Positions 9,255-17,547 of a stretch of 40,999 nt of DNA are shown one piece after another. The DNA lies in NCBI GenBank assembly GCA_043819035.1, contig JBDRFD010000005.1:1-40999 (forward strand). Reading direction: 5' to 3'. The translations under genes and the position numbers were made by a program. Under the pieces are notes generated by a model. It made no database searches, was not told where the DNA came from, and saw only the letters and a list, made by a program, of their open reading frames with translations. Every line of letters begins with the position of its first letter. The stretch's first letter is position 1. The stretch is from Patescibacteria group bacterium. GTDB lineage: Bacteria; Patescibacteriota; Gracilibacteria; Peribacterales; Peribacteraceae.

Positions 9255-12200
9255 TCATCCCGCGTAACTCGTCGACTTAACTACCGTTGTTGGATACTCG
9301 ATCCAGGTGAAACTTGTTAACGATGTTGCATCTATGTCACGCCAGAGAATATGGCTCATGTGTTGCTCATTTTCTACCCCAAAATCTGTTCGCTCAATGG
9401 ATTCGAAGTTTTGGAGTGACACTTGCAACGTACTAGGTGCACCAACAGTTGAGCTATTCTGATCAAGAACATTTCCTTGAAGAACAAGTGTTATGCTATT
9501 CCCCGAATATATATTGGTGTCGACAGCGGAAGGTGATAGATCTTTACACTCAATAAGCAGGGAGCCGCTCACTTCACCTGATACTTGTTCCCGTGTCGAA
9601 TCATTGAGAAACGTCTTACAATTATGCGTGATTGTTGAGTCAGCAGGATTGTAAACACGGAAATTGCCTGGAGAAGCATTGAGCAAGACATTGGTTGCAT
9701 TCAGATTGAAGATAATCCCATTAATCTCTGCAGCATTGAGTCCATTCCTAGAATTAGTGTTACTTGCTGCTGTGAATTTGAGCTTCCCGATATCAGATAG
9801 ACCCATCGGAACTGCAGATCCGTTTGGATCTTCGTTCGCGTTTGTAATAGAAGTGATCTTGGACATGACAGAAACACCTTCTTTGGAATAAATTGGTGCA
9901 TTTGGACCGGGAGAGTCTGTACCAACAAATATTTCTCCTTCTGCAACATTATCACCATTATTCTCAGAAAGCTCATTACTTGAATTATACCCTCTTGCTT
10001 GCACTTTATTAGGTCTTAGCGCCATACGAACCTCTTCGCCTGAGGATGCACCTTGTGCATCAGTTTTCATACGTGGACGCACAAGTACATCTACTTTCTC
10101 TCCATCCTGAATAACCAATTGTTGGTTCTCCATAACAGCACAGAACTCATTTCCAGATCCACAAGCAGCTCTAGTGGCCGCTACAAACGGTTCACTCTCC
10201 CCATCTCTGAATAATTCCAACCGATCAACAGAAATCGCTTCCCCATCTACACCAAAATGAAGGAAGTTTACGTCTACACCCTCGTTCTGAGCTCGGAATT
10301 GCATGCGTAGAATCGGTTCACCCAGCTCTCCACCTAGAAGTTGATGACTGCGAAGTGCAACGACCGACTTTGTGATGTAAAGATTGCCTGTCGGCTCATC
10401 GTCATCATCGTCGTCGTCATCAGCAGCATCCTCATAATTACAATCACTACTACACCCATCCCCATCCTCAGTATTCCCATCATCACACTCCTCGCCCACC
10501 AAAGAAGTTCCGGTAAATCCAAAGAGGAACCGAAGGATTATTGTGCCATCATGCTCGTCATCGGTTGTACCATTACCATCAGCATCGTAGTGCGTTAGGT
10601 GAGCCTCAATATGAGCTTCTATGGCTTGCGGATCAGTGCGACTCGCATTTATTCCAATAGCCCCATTTACAAGATCCTGACCACGAATGCCATTGAGATA
10701 GCGAAGAAGGAGATTACCGTCACTTGAAGCTATGGCTTCTCCATTGCCATCGATATCCAGGTAATCATTTGATTGCTGTTCTTCCAGGAATGCTTGAACA
10801 GCTGTTGCAGTAGTACGTGCTGCACCTTCTCCGAGAATATTCTCTTTTGTGCCATTTCCACAGACAGGATCTCCCACTCTCTTCACCAACCGCACCGCAT
10901 CCGCAGCAAACTTCTCACTTTGAAGCGAAGCTATGTACACGCGCACGAGTTTTCCGGTTTCCAGATCCACTTCTCCCACTTTTTGCCAGGGCACCCCATT
11001 CCACACAGGTCCTCCGGGTAGTTGAGATTGGCTAACTTTCTGATTCTTCAGGATGATACGCTTCCCTCCAAAGGTACGTGTGTACTCCACAGCACCGAAG
11101 TACACGTTATCCGAACCTTGTGAGGGCCATGTGGTGTAGAGATCATAAGTGCCGGGTTCAACGTTGAAGAGCGACCACCGTGCGTAGACCTTTCCTTTAC
11201 TCAATGCGAAACGAGATGGGCTGTGTGCGTAGTGCTGTTCTTTATAACCACTCCCGGCAATACTTGTCCATCCAATCCCAGATGTCTTGAAGGTACGGTA
11301 GCCATCGGCATCATCTGCCACGGTTTCTGATTGAACAATGACTTCCTTCTTGCACTCACTGCTACACCCATCACCATCCACTTTGTTTCCATCATCACAC
11401 TCTTCACCCCCTTCCGTCACACGATTCCCGCAGAACGACCACTGGGACTGCCCATTTACATATTTCAGGTTTACTGTGCCACAGTGTGCTTCTATGGGTA
11501 TGCGGTATGTTGAGGAATTAAACGTATTACCTGCTTCGTCCGTGAACTGGATGAAGGTATCGTAATCAATCGGAAGTGCAGCCGTTAAGTAATGATTGGT
11601 CTTCAATCGACCAACTCCTCCTCCATTGTATCCCTCTGAGTTCTTGTACTTAAACATAACGTCAATGGATGCAGGAATATCCGATTGAATACTAATATCA
11701 GCCTGCGGATACATCTGTACTTTTCCGGCATTCACACTCCTCATGCTCGTGATATCCTTAAACTGCTCTTCTTCATCGAACGGGTGGATCCCAAGTGCCA
11801 TATCATATCCTTCTTTGTCTCTTCGAACTAAGAGATTGGCATATCCGTAACACTTATTGAAGAAGCTCCACATTCCTCCACTATCACTCTGCCACTCTTC
11901 AACTCCTTCTGTAATCACAAAATCAGTACTCACTTTGAATTTAAACTTACCACTTTTCCCAGACATCACACTCGATGGCTCAAATTCATACGCACTTAGC
12001 AGCTCAGCCTCTGACACCGGCTTTCCGGTGAGCTGATCTGTGAGTTGTCCGTAGAGCGTAATGTCATAGGCTTCCTCCTGCTCGCACTCACTCGGTTCGC
12101 CTGTGCAGGACCATCCACTCTCCACATCACAATTCTGCGAACAGCCGTCACCACTCTCATCATTATCGTCATCACAATCTTCTAAGATATCAATTACGCC

Positions 12201-13895
12201 GTCACCACATTCGAAATCATCGTTATCGTCGTCGCTGTCATAGTCATCGTCAGAATCGTCATCATCGTCATCGTCATTGTCGTCATCGTCATCATCGTCG
12301 CTATCATCATCATCGTTATCGTCATCGTCGCTATCATCATCGCTATCATCATCGTTATCGTCATTATCATCATCCGCTGATGGATGAACACATTCCCCCG
12401 TACAGACATCAGGACAGCCCCCACCAAGCTTGCAGTCCGGATGTAGATTGCAATCACCTTGTGACGTGGAGCAGATGAGAGGTTCTTCACAGTCACTGTT
12501 GGAGGTGCAGAAATCCACTCTGCAATCCTGCGGACACGTCCGTTGCTCTAATTCCCCTTCACAAGCTCCATTCCCACACACAGGCCCCCCTCCTGCGCAA
12601 TCGTCCGGACAATTCTTTGAATCTTCCTTTCCTTCACATTCGTCATTTCCACAACACGTCACACCTTTTTTACAGCCACATTCATTTTCACCTTGGCCAA
12701 TATATGTCCCATCTGGGCAATAAGGGGGTGAAACCATAGGGCAAGGCCTCGAACAAGGACCGCAATCCTCTTTGCAGTTACACCTGTTCTCCCATGGTTC
12801 ACACTTACCATTTCCGCAATCTGAACAAATCACAGCTCCAACGGCAGCGATGCACTTATTCTCATCAACCATTTGCTCAGACGTATTGTCATCGGGAAAT
12901 GCAACACTGATTTTCTTCAGTCCTTTGCAACATTCTGGTGCATCGGGGACTACTGGTGTCTTTCCTCCGGCTTTAACACATTCCTGTTCTATACAATCCT
13001 TTGGACAAGAACACCTATCTTCTTCACTCCTGTCACACGTTCCGTCCCCACATGTGCGCCACCAGTCCTGTACACAGATACCCACTGAACCATCTTCAGA
13101 TGGTGAGCACAATCCATTATCTTCCAACAGTGATGGTGGTTTAACACCAGCATTCTTACTACAACAATGTGTTGGCCCAAGTGCAGGCTTCTTGAACACA
13201 GGCTTGCCATCATCAGCACAATCTGAAGGACAATCCTGTGGACATGTCCCTTTTTTGTAATAGGCAGGAGGGCCAAGGCATTCCGGTGGCGCATCCGGTC
13301 CACATCCTCCGGGGTTGATCTCATCTGCTTCCCCTTCCTCACACTTACCATTGCCACACAGAGATCTACAAGGATCTACAAAATAATTAAGTGGATACCC
13401 ATCTTTACATGAAGGGAATTCCCTGCCGTCTGCACATTTGATGGGAGCACATTTGTCATCATCATCGTCGTCATCATCACCCTCACAGATTATCTCTCCA
13501 CAGCTTATCAGGCATTTGTTGTCATCATAAACTGGCCTGACATACTTGCAGTTTTCTGGAGGAACTGCGCATGGAGGAGGATCAGGGCATTCATCATCAT
13601 CTGTATCTTCATATTCACATACTTCCCATCCGCTTCTTTCGTATTTATTTAACGAATTACTGGTGAATATTCCAGATCTTAAGCATCTGGTAGTATTCAT
13701 TTTTTTATTGTAAATACACACTTGTTGAGAAGAGCAAAGATCTTTGCACAGATCACACCCAACCACTTCAGGGGCTGATGAGGTTAATTGCGCAACTAGA
13801 TCAGCTTCGAATTTCTGTTGCACAGTTGCAACAGCTGCAAGGGCAGCGACAAATGCAATCGCCGCAGCAACAATGTTGTAACGGAAATTTACCAT
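9255..13895 (-). CDS. Large secreted/surface Cys-rich repeat protein (1546 aa)
   Basis: N-terminal hydrophobic anchor; CGNGxCE...CPxDC repeats; Myxococcus-type (DUF4215-like) CG(N/D)...E(E/D)CDD(G/D)N...GDGCS repeats; poly-Asp tracts; golvesin-like module (ARWS..PGTYDLYTTWP..ADAVRLVK); paired DxDGNG Ca-binding dockerin-like repeats. Confidence 0.9.
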   Translation of the reverse strand: MVNFRYNIVAAAIAFVAALAAVATVQQKFEADLVAQLTSSAPEVVGCDLCKDLCSSQQVCIYNKKMNTTRCLRSGIFTSNSLNKYERSGWEVCEYEDTDDDECPDPPPCAVPPENCKYVRPVYDDNKCLISCGEIICEGDDDDDDDDKCAPIKCADGREFPSCKDGYPLNYFVDPCRSLCGNGKCEEGEADEINPGGCGPDAPPECLGPPAYYKKGTCPQDCPSDCADDGKPVFKKPALGPTHCCSKNAGVKPPSLLEDNGLCSPSEDGSVGICVQDWWRTCGDGTCDRSEEDRCSCPKDCIEQECVKAGGKTPVVPDAPECCKGLKKISVAFPDDNTSEQMVDENKCIAAVGAVICSDCGNGKCEPWENRCNCKEDCGPCSRPCPMVSPPYCPDGTYIGQGENECGCKKGVTCCGNDECEGKEDSKNCPDDCAGGGPVCGNGACEGELEQRTCPQDCRVDFCTSNSDCEEPLICSTSQGDCNLHPDCKLGGGCPDVCTGECVHPSADDDNDDNDDDSDDDSDDDDNDDDDSDDDDDDDNDDDDDDDSDDDYDSDDDNDDFECGDGVIDILEDCDDDNDESGDGCSQNCDVESGWSCTGEPSECEQEEAYDITLYGQLTDQLTGKPVSEAELLSAYEFEPSSVMSGKSGKFKFKVSTDFVITEGVEEWQSDSGGMWSFFNKCYGYANLLVRRDKEGYDMALGIHPFDEEEQFKDITSMRSVNAGKVQMYPQADISIQSDIPASIDVMFKYKNSEGYNGGGVGRLKTNHYLTAALPIDYDTFIQFTDEAGNTFNSSTYRIPIEAHCGTVNLKYVNGQSQWSFCGNRVTEGGEECDDGNKVDGDGCSSECKKEVIVQSETVADDADGYRTFKTSGIGWTSIAGSGYKEQHYAHSPSRFALSKGKVYARWSLFNVEPGTYDLYTTWPSQGSDNVYFGAVEYTRTFGGKRIILKNQKVSQSQLPGGPVWNGVPWQKVGEVDLETGKLVRVYIASLQSEKFAADAVRLVKRVGDPVCGNGTKENILGEGAARTTATAVQAFLEEQQSNDYLDIDGNGEAIASSDGNLLLRYLNGIRGQDLVNGAIGINASRTDPQAIEAHIEAHLTHYDADGNGTTDDEHDGTIILRFLFGFTGTSLVGEECDDGNTEDGDGCSSDCNYEDAADDDDDDDDEPTGNLYITKSVVALRSHQLLGGELGEPILRMQFRAQNEGVDVNFLHFGVDGEAISVDRLELFRDGESEPFVAATRAACGSGNEFCAVMENQQLVIQDGEKVDVLVRPRMKTDAQGASSGEEVRMALRPNKVQARGYNSSNELSENNGDNVAEGEIFVGTDSPGPNAPIYSKEGVSVMSKITSITNANEDPNGSAVPMGLSDIGKLKFTAASNTNSRNGLNAAEINGIIFNLNATNVLLNASPGNFRVYNPADSTITHNCKTFLNDSTREQVSGEVSGSLLIECKDLSPSAVDTNIYSGNSITLVLQGNVLDQNSSTVGAPSTLQVSLQNFESIERTDFGVENEQHMSHILWRDIDATSLTSFTWIEYPTTVVKSTSYAG

Positions 13896-14456
13896 AATGA
13901 CAGGGGGAAGGTATTAACAGGAATGGTACATCTGAACCTAAGACCAAGAAAAATGATCTTTGTTGACTTCTCTGTTTTCTAGTGCCTTAAAAATATGTAT
14001 GCTTCTTTAAGATATGAAAAGATTATTATTACTCGTGGCCATTATTTTCCTCGTTTCGTGTGGTCCGGATACTAAATTACCACCAACACCCTCCTCTTCT
14101 GAAGAAGCAATCATTACACGTGTTGTTGACGGCGATACCGTCACTATTCTTCTTAAAGGAAAAATGGAATACGTGCGTATTGTCGGAATTGATGCACCGG
14201 AAAAGGATGATTGCTTCTCTGTGCAGGCTTCTGAGAAAATGCGCAACCTAGTTGAAGGAAAGAGAGCACTTCTTGAAAGCAAGATTGATGAGAATCGCGA
14301 CCAGTATGACCGACTTTTACGTTACCTTTCCGTTGAAGAAATCGACGTTGGAGGGCAAATGCTATACGAAGGATATGCCAGAAATTACCCATGGTTCCCA
14401 CACCCACGTAGCGAGATGTATAAAGAGCTGGAACGTCAATCAAAGGAGAGTTCACT

Positions 14457-15738
14457 CAGTAGCGTCCAAAGAAACTTCGGCATGAACCAGTGATATGACA
14501 AAAAAGCGGTAGAATGAAGTTGTTACCACAACATTCCCCGCTTCTTTGATGTATACGAATTCTACCACAGTTCTCAACCAACTGCTCTACCTTCTTCCCG
14601 AAGAACGCTTTCAGACGTTCGTTGGACAGCATGAAGCCGATCGATACGTGAAGACATTTTCCTGCTTCAATCAGCTCACAACACTCCTGTTTGCGCAGGC
14701 AACAGAGAAGGATTCACTGCGTGATATTTCCACATCACTTCGTTCTCTGGACAGCATGTGGCAGGAAGTGGGGCTCAAAAGCGTTGCCCGTTCTACGATT
14801 GCCTACGCCAACGAACACCGCCCTTGGCAGATTTATCAATCGCTGTTCTATGCATTACTGGAACAGTGTCAGATATTGGTTCCTGGACAGCAAACATTCT
14901 CCTTCAGGAACGATCTGCAGATTCTTGATGCCACCACCATCGATCTCTGTCTCAATCTGTTCCCGTGGGCAAAGTTTCGCACAAGGAAAGGGGCTATCAA
15001 GATCCATACCCGTCTCAACCAGCGTACACAGATTCCCGACATCATCTGCATCACCGATGGCAAGACTCATGAGGTGACGATTGCAAAAGACATGGACTTT
15101 ACCGCCTTTGCCAAAGGCACGATATTCGTGATTGATCGTGGATACTATGACTTGGGACTGTTGCAGAAGATCAAGGACGCGGGACATCACTTCGTCATTC
15201 GTCTGAAGAGCAATGCACAAATCGTGCGTTTGGGGCAGCATCGTAATGCAACTGGCGAGGGAGTGCTCAAAGACGAGTGTATTGCCTTTATGCTCTCTGC
15301 TGCACAGTACAAAGATAATCTGCGTCTGGTCACGTTCTACGATGAAGAGCACGACGTGACGTACGAGTTTCTCACAGATGAGTTCCGTCTATCTGCACTG
15401 AACATTGCCGCCATTTACAAGAAACGCTGGGACATCGAGATTTTCTTCAAATGGATCAAACAGAACTTGAAGATCAAGACCTTCTTTGGAACCTCAAAAA
15501 ACGCTGTGCTTACACAGATTTGGATTGCCATGATCTACTTCCTCCTGCTCAAGTGGCTCAAGCACCAGTTGAACTTCAGAGGATCGCTGACAGATCTCAC
15601 ACGAATGATTGCCACCGTCATTCTCCATAGAGTTCAATTCGTCGAATTAGCCTCATTGAGGCCAAATACACTCAATCGGCTGCGCATCAGAGCTGGTCCG
15701 CAACCAAGTTTGTTCTAAAGTTTCTTTGGACAGTTCTG
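14457..15738 (+). mobile_element. IS4-family insertion sequence, 1282 bp
   Basis: Left end CAGTAGCGTCCAAAGAAACTT; right end reverse-complements to CAGAACTGTCCAAAGAAACTT; identical 9-bp flanks GAGTTCACT at 14448-14456 and 15739-15747. Confidence 0.96.
14549..15718 (+). CDS. IS4-family DDE transposase (DUF4372-like N-terminus)
   Basis: LDATTIDL, IDRGYYD, YKKRWDIEIFFKWIKQ (YREK motif); uninterrupted reading frame. Confidence 0.96.
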   Translation: MYTNSTTVLNQLLYLLPEERFQTFVGQHEADRYVKTFSCFNQLTTLLFAQATEKDSLRDISTSLRSLDSMWQEVGLKSVARSTIAYANEHRPWQIYQSLFYALLEQCQILVPGQQTFSFRNDLQILDATTIDLCLNLFPWAKFRTRKGAIKIHTRLNQRTQIPDIICITDGKTHEVTIAKDMDFTAFAKGTIFVIDRGYYDLGLLQKIKDAGHHFVIRLKSNAQIVRLGQHRNATGEGVLKDECIAFMLSAAQYKDNLRLVTFYDEEHDVTYEFLTDEFRLSALNIAAIYKKRWDIEIFFKWIKQNLKIKTFFGTSKNAVLTQIWIAMIYFLLLKWLKHQLNFRGSLTDLTRMIATVILHRVQFVELASLRPNTLNRLRIRAGPQPSLF

Positions 15739-15773
15739 GAGTTCACTAGGACTCTGGGGTGAGTGTGAATGAT

Positions 15774-15880
15774 AACAATCAACCTTCAACTATCAACACG
15801 CTTCGCTCTCAACTATCAACAAACATGTTTATCGTACTTTATGCAACCATTGATTGTTGCTTGTTAATTGTTGCTTGTTA
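15774..15880. repeat. Inverted 7-nt repeat arms (TCAACTA / TTGTTGC-TTGTTAA)
   Basis: AACAATCAACCTTCAACTATCAAC...TCAACTATCAACAA versus TTGATTGTTGCTTGTTAATTGTTGCTTGTTA; shares AACACGCTTCG with 2850-2860. Confidence 0.7.
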
Positions 15881-15892
15881 CCATCCCCTCCT

Positions 15893-16414
15893 TTGAAACG
15901 CTTCATCATATTACTCGGCTTACTCTTCCTCACCAGCATCCCAGCGAATGCACGGACGAGTTGCACAGAGATACGTGAGTCAAAGGGGAAAGCTGAATAT
16001 GAAGAATGCCGCATCGATGAGAAGGAGGACGAAATTAAAGAGAACATCAAAAAGTATAAGGATGCTCTCGAGGATCAACAAAAGGACACTGAGGATTACT
16101 ACGAGGACATCATCGGCCGTATTCAGGACCGCCGGAAAGACCTCGATCGACGATTAGAGCGCGAAGAAGACGATGAAAGCGATCGCCTGAAGGATCTGAA
16201 AGATGATGATGCAGATAAAGAGAAGATTGTGAAACAGAAGGAAAAGAGCGACAAAGTGAAGAATGAGCGCAAGGCCGCGAAGAAGTACTTCGATGCATGG
16301 TTAGACGTCATTGAAACGCAACAGAAGCTCGATGAAGCACGAATTGACTTAGAAGCTGCCCAATATGAGTACCAACAGAGGGGAGGATCGACTCAGTGGA
16401 TACGGTGGTACTGA
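15893..16414 (+). CDS. Secreted coiled-coil hypothetical protein
   Basis: TTG start gives the signal peptide MKRFIILLGLLFLTSIPANA, followed by a highly charged E/K/D-rich helical body. Confidence 0.75.
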   Translation: MKRFIILLGLLFLTSIPANARTSCTEIRESKGKAEYEECRIDEKEDEIKENIKKYKDALEDQQKDTEDYYEDIIGRIQDRRKDLDRRLEREEDDESDRLKDLKDDDADKEKIVKQKEKSDKVKNERKAAKKYFDAWLDVIETQQKLDEARIDLEAAQYEYQQRGGSTQWIRWY

Positions 16415-16545
16415 GAAAAGGAAAAAGAGGATAAAAAAGCAAAAGAAGAAAAGGAGAATATATAAAAGAACAATATGGATTTTGCACAAGATATCAGAAA
16501 TCCTTTTTTCCTTTTCATCCTTTTTTTCCTTTTTTGCTTTTGCAT
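16415..16545. repeat. Inverted ~9-nt purine/pyrimidine arms
   Basis: GAAAAGGAAAAAGAGGATAAAAAAGCAAAAG versus TCCTTTTTTCCTTTTCATCCTTTTTTTCCTTTTTTGCTTTTGC. Confidence 0.65.
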
Positions 16546-16625
16546 GAGCCAATAAGTACAACGTCAAATTACGAACACAATTTGTATTCATAAAACGCAC
16601 CCGAGCCCTTGTCTATGGGTAAAAG

Positions 16626-16654
16626 TTGCACTGGTTTTGCAGTGTGAGTAATAT
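16626..16654 (+). promoter_or_regulatory. Sigma70-like promoter of the putative ncRNA
   Basis: TTGCAC (16626-16631) - 17 nt - TAATAT (16649-16654). Confidence 0.6.
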
Positions 16655-16660
16655 GTGCGG

Positions 16661-17319
16661 ATTTGTTCGTGACCAAAAAAACAGAGCAAATCAGAAACAG
16701 AAAGAAAGACAAATACAAACATTTATCCCGCATTGAAGTTCAACTTCTAGTGCGGGACGGGGCGCCCCTCACACAAACACCTTCGATCCTTCACACCACC
16801 GACTGCCACCCCGCACCACTCCCATCCATGTGCGGGCCGAGCAAGAGTAGATAGGAGGGGAGCCAATCCCCTTTTCACCCATTGACGCCTAGTGCGCTCC
16901 TCTCGAGAGGCCGTACCGGACGAAAGCGGGCCCCGAAAGCTTCGTCTTCCGCTCAGTCACACACCTTTATTTCTTAGGTTCTAGCTGAGGAACTGGAAAT
17001 GCATAAGCTAACGGGACAGGACGGCTCCCATCCTCTCTGCTCTGCGATGACGTACCGTAGATGGGAGGTCGCTTTACGGTATGCATCCCTTCCTCCCCAT
17101 GGTCTCCTTTGCCCTTGTGCATTGTTTTGAGTCCTGGTTCGGGGACCTCGTTCGGTTGCGAGGAGAAACAAGAAACCTGAGCAAGGCAGAGGTTCGAGGG
17201 CTCCTCCTCTCAGTCAGCTTCCTCAATTAAGAACGGCTCAGCGGTAGTAAATACTTCTGATAGCCAAGGAAGCAAGACACAAACACAAAAAAGGCCAGAG
17301 GTTTCTTCTGGTCTTTTTT
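16661..17319 (+). ncRNA. Putative large structured non-coding RNA (~660 nt), family not recognised
   Basis: No credible CDS; bounded by promoter and terminator; many helices (16726-16732/16751-16757, 16810-16816/16830-16836, 16986-16995/17215-17225, 17106-17113/17185-17192) and a pseudoknot (17025-17032/17060-17067 crossing 17053-17059/17075-17081). Confidence 0.6.
17287..17319 (+). terminator. Intrinsic terminator
   Basis: AAAAAA-GGCCAGAG-gtttc-TTCTGGTC-TTTTTT; the G-U pairs are valid only on the + strand transcript. Confidence 0.75.
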
Positions 17320-17323
17320 GAAT

Positions 17324-17404
17324 GTCTGGAACCAGATTCACATGATTTCTAGATGAATAGGATTAATCCTGTAATCCTTTAATCCTGTGAATCATGGTTC
17401 AGAC
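17324..17404. repeat. GTCTGAAYC-family element, copy 4
   Basis: GTCTGGAACCAGATTCACA ... TGTGAATCATGGTTCAGAC with internal TAATCCT units. Confidence 0.8.
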
Positions 17405-17429
17405 ATTTCTCTGTCATTACTTCTTCCAC

Positions 17430-17547
17430 GTCTGAACCACGGATTAAACGGATTGTACGGATTACACGGATAACTTAATAAATAATCTGACTATATTTAA
17501 CGAACATCCGTGTAATCCGCTTAATCAGCGTAATCCGTGATTCAGAC
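17430..17547. repeat. GTCTGAAYC-family element, copy 5
   Basis: GTCTGAACCACGGATTAAACGGATTGTACGGATTACACGGAT ... ATCCGTGTAATCCGCTTAATCAGCGTAATCCGTGATTCAGAC; contains the stop codon of the adjacent ATPase gene. Confidence 0.88.

Larger units (their letters stand above)
14014..15772 (+). pseudogene. Thermonuclease (SNase) family lipoprotein interrupted near its 3' end by an IS
   Basis: RVVDGDT, VRIVGIDAPE, DQYDRLLRY motifs. Removing the IS and one target copy gives ...QSKESSLGLWGECE-stop (TGA 15770-15772). The interrupted allele ends at 14493 with an IS-derived tail. Confidence 0.88.

Noticed and set aside
16663-17171. ORFs 16663..16854 (+) and 16974..17171 (-)
   Set aside because: Short, TTG-started, no protein-like features, and they overlap strongly base-paired sequence.
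16655-17245. Group II intron (GTGCG at 16655, 16750, 16830; GAGCCG on the minus strand)
   Set aside because: No domain V hairpin (GAGCCG...CGGTTC) or domain VI, no RT ORF and no interrupted host gene.
16980-17245. RNase P RNA or tmRNA identity for the structured region
   Set aside because: GAGGAAC and AGAACGGCTCA only loosely resemble the RNase P conserved regions and form no P4 helix; there are no tRNA-like acceptor or CCA ends. A covariance search is still needed to exclude a divergent form.
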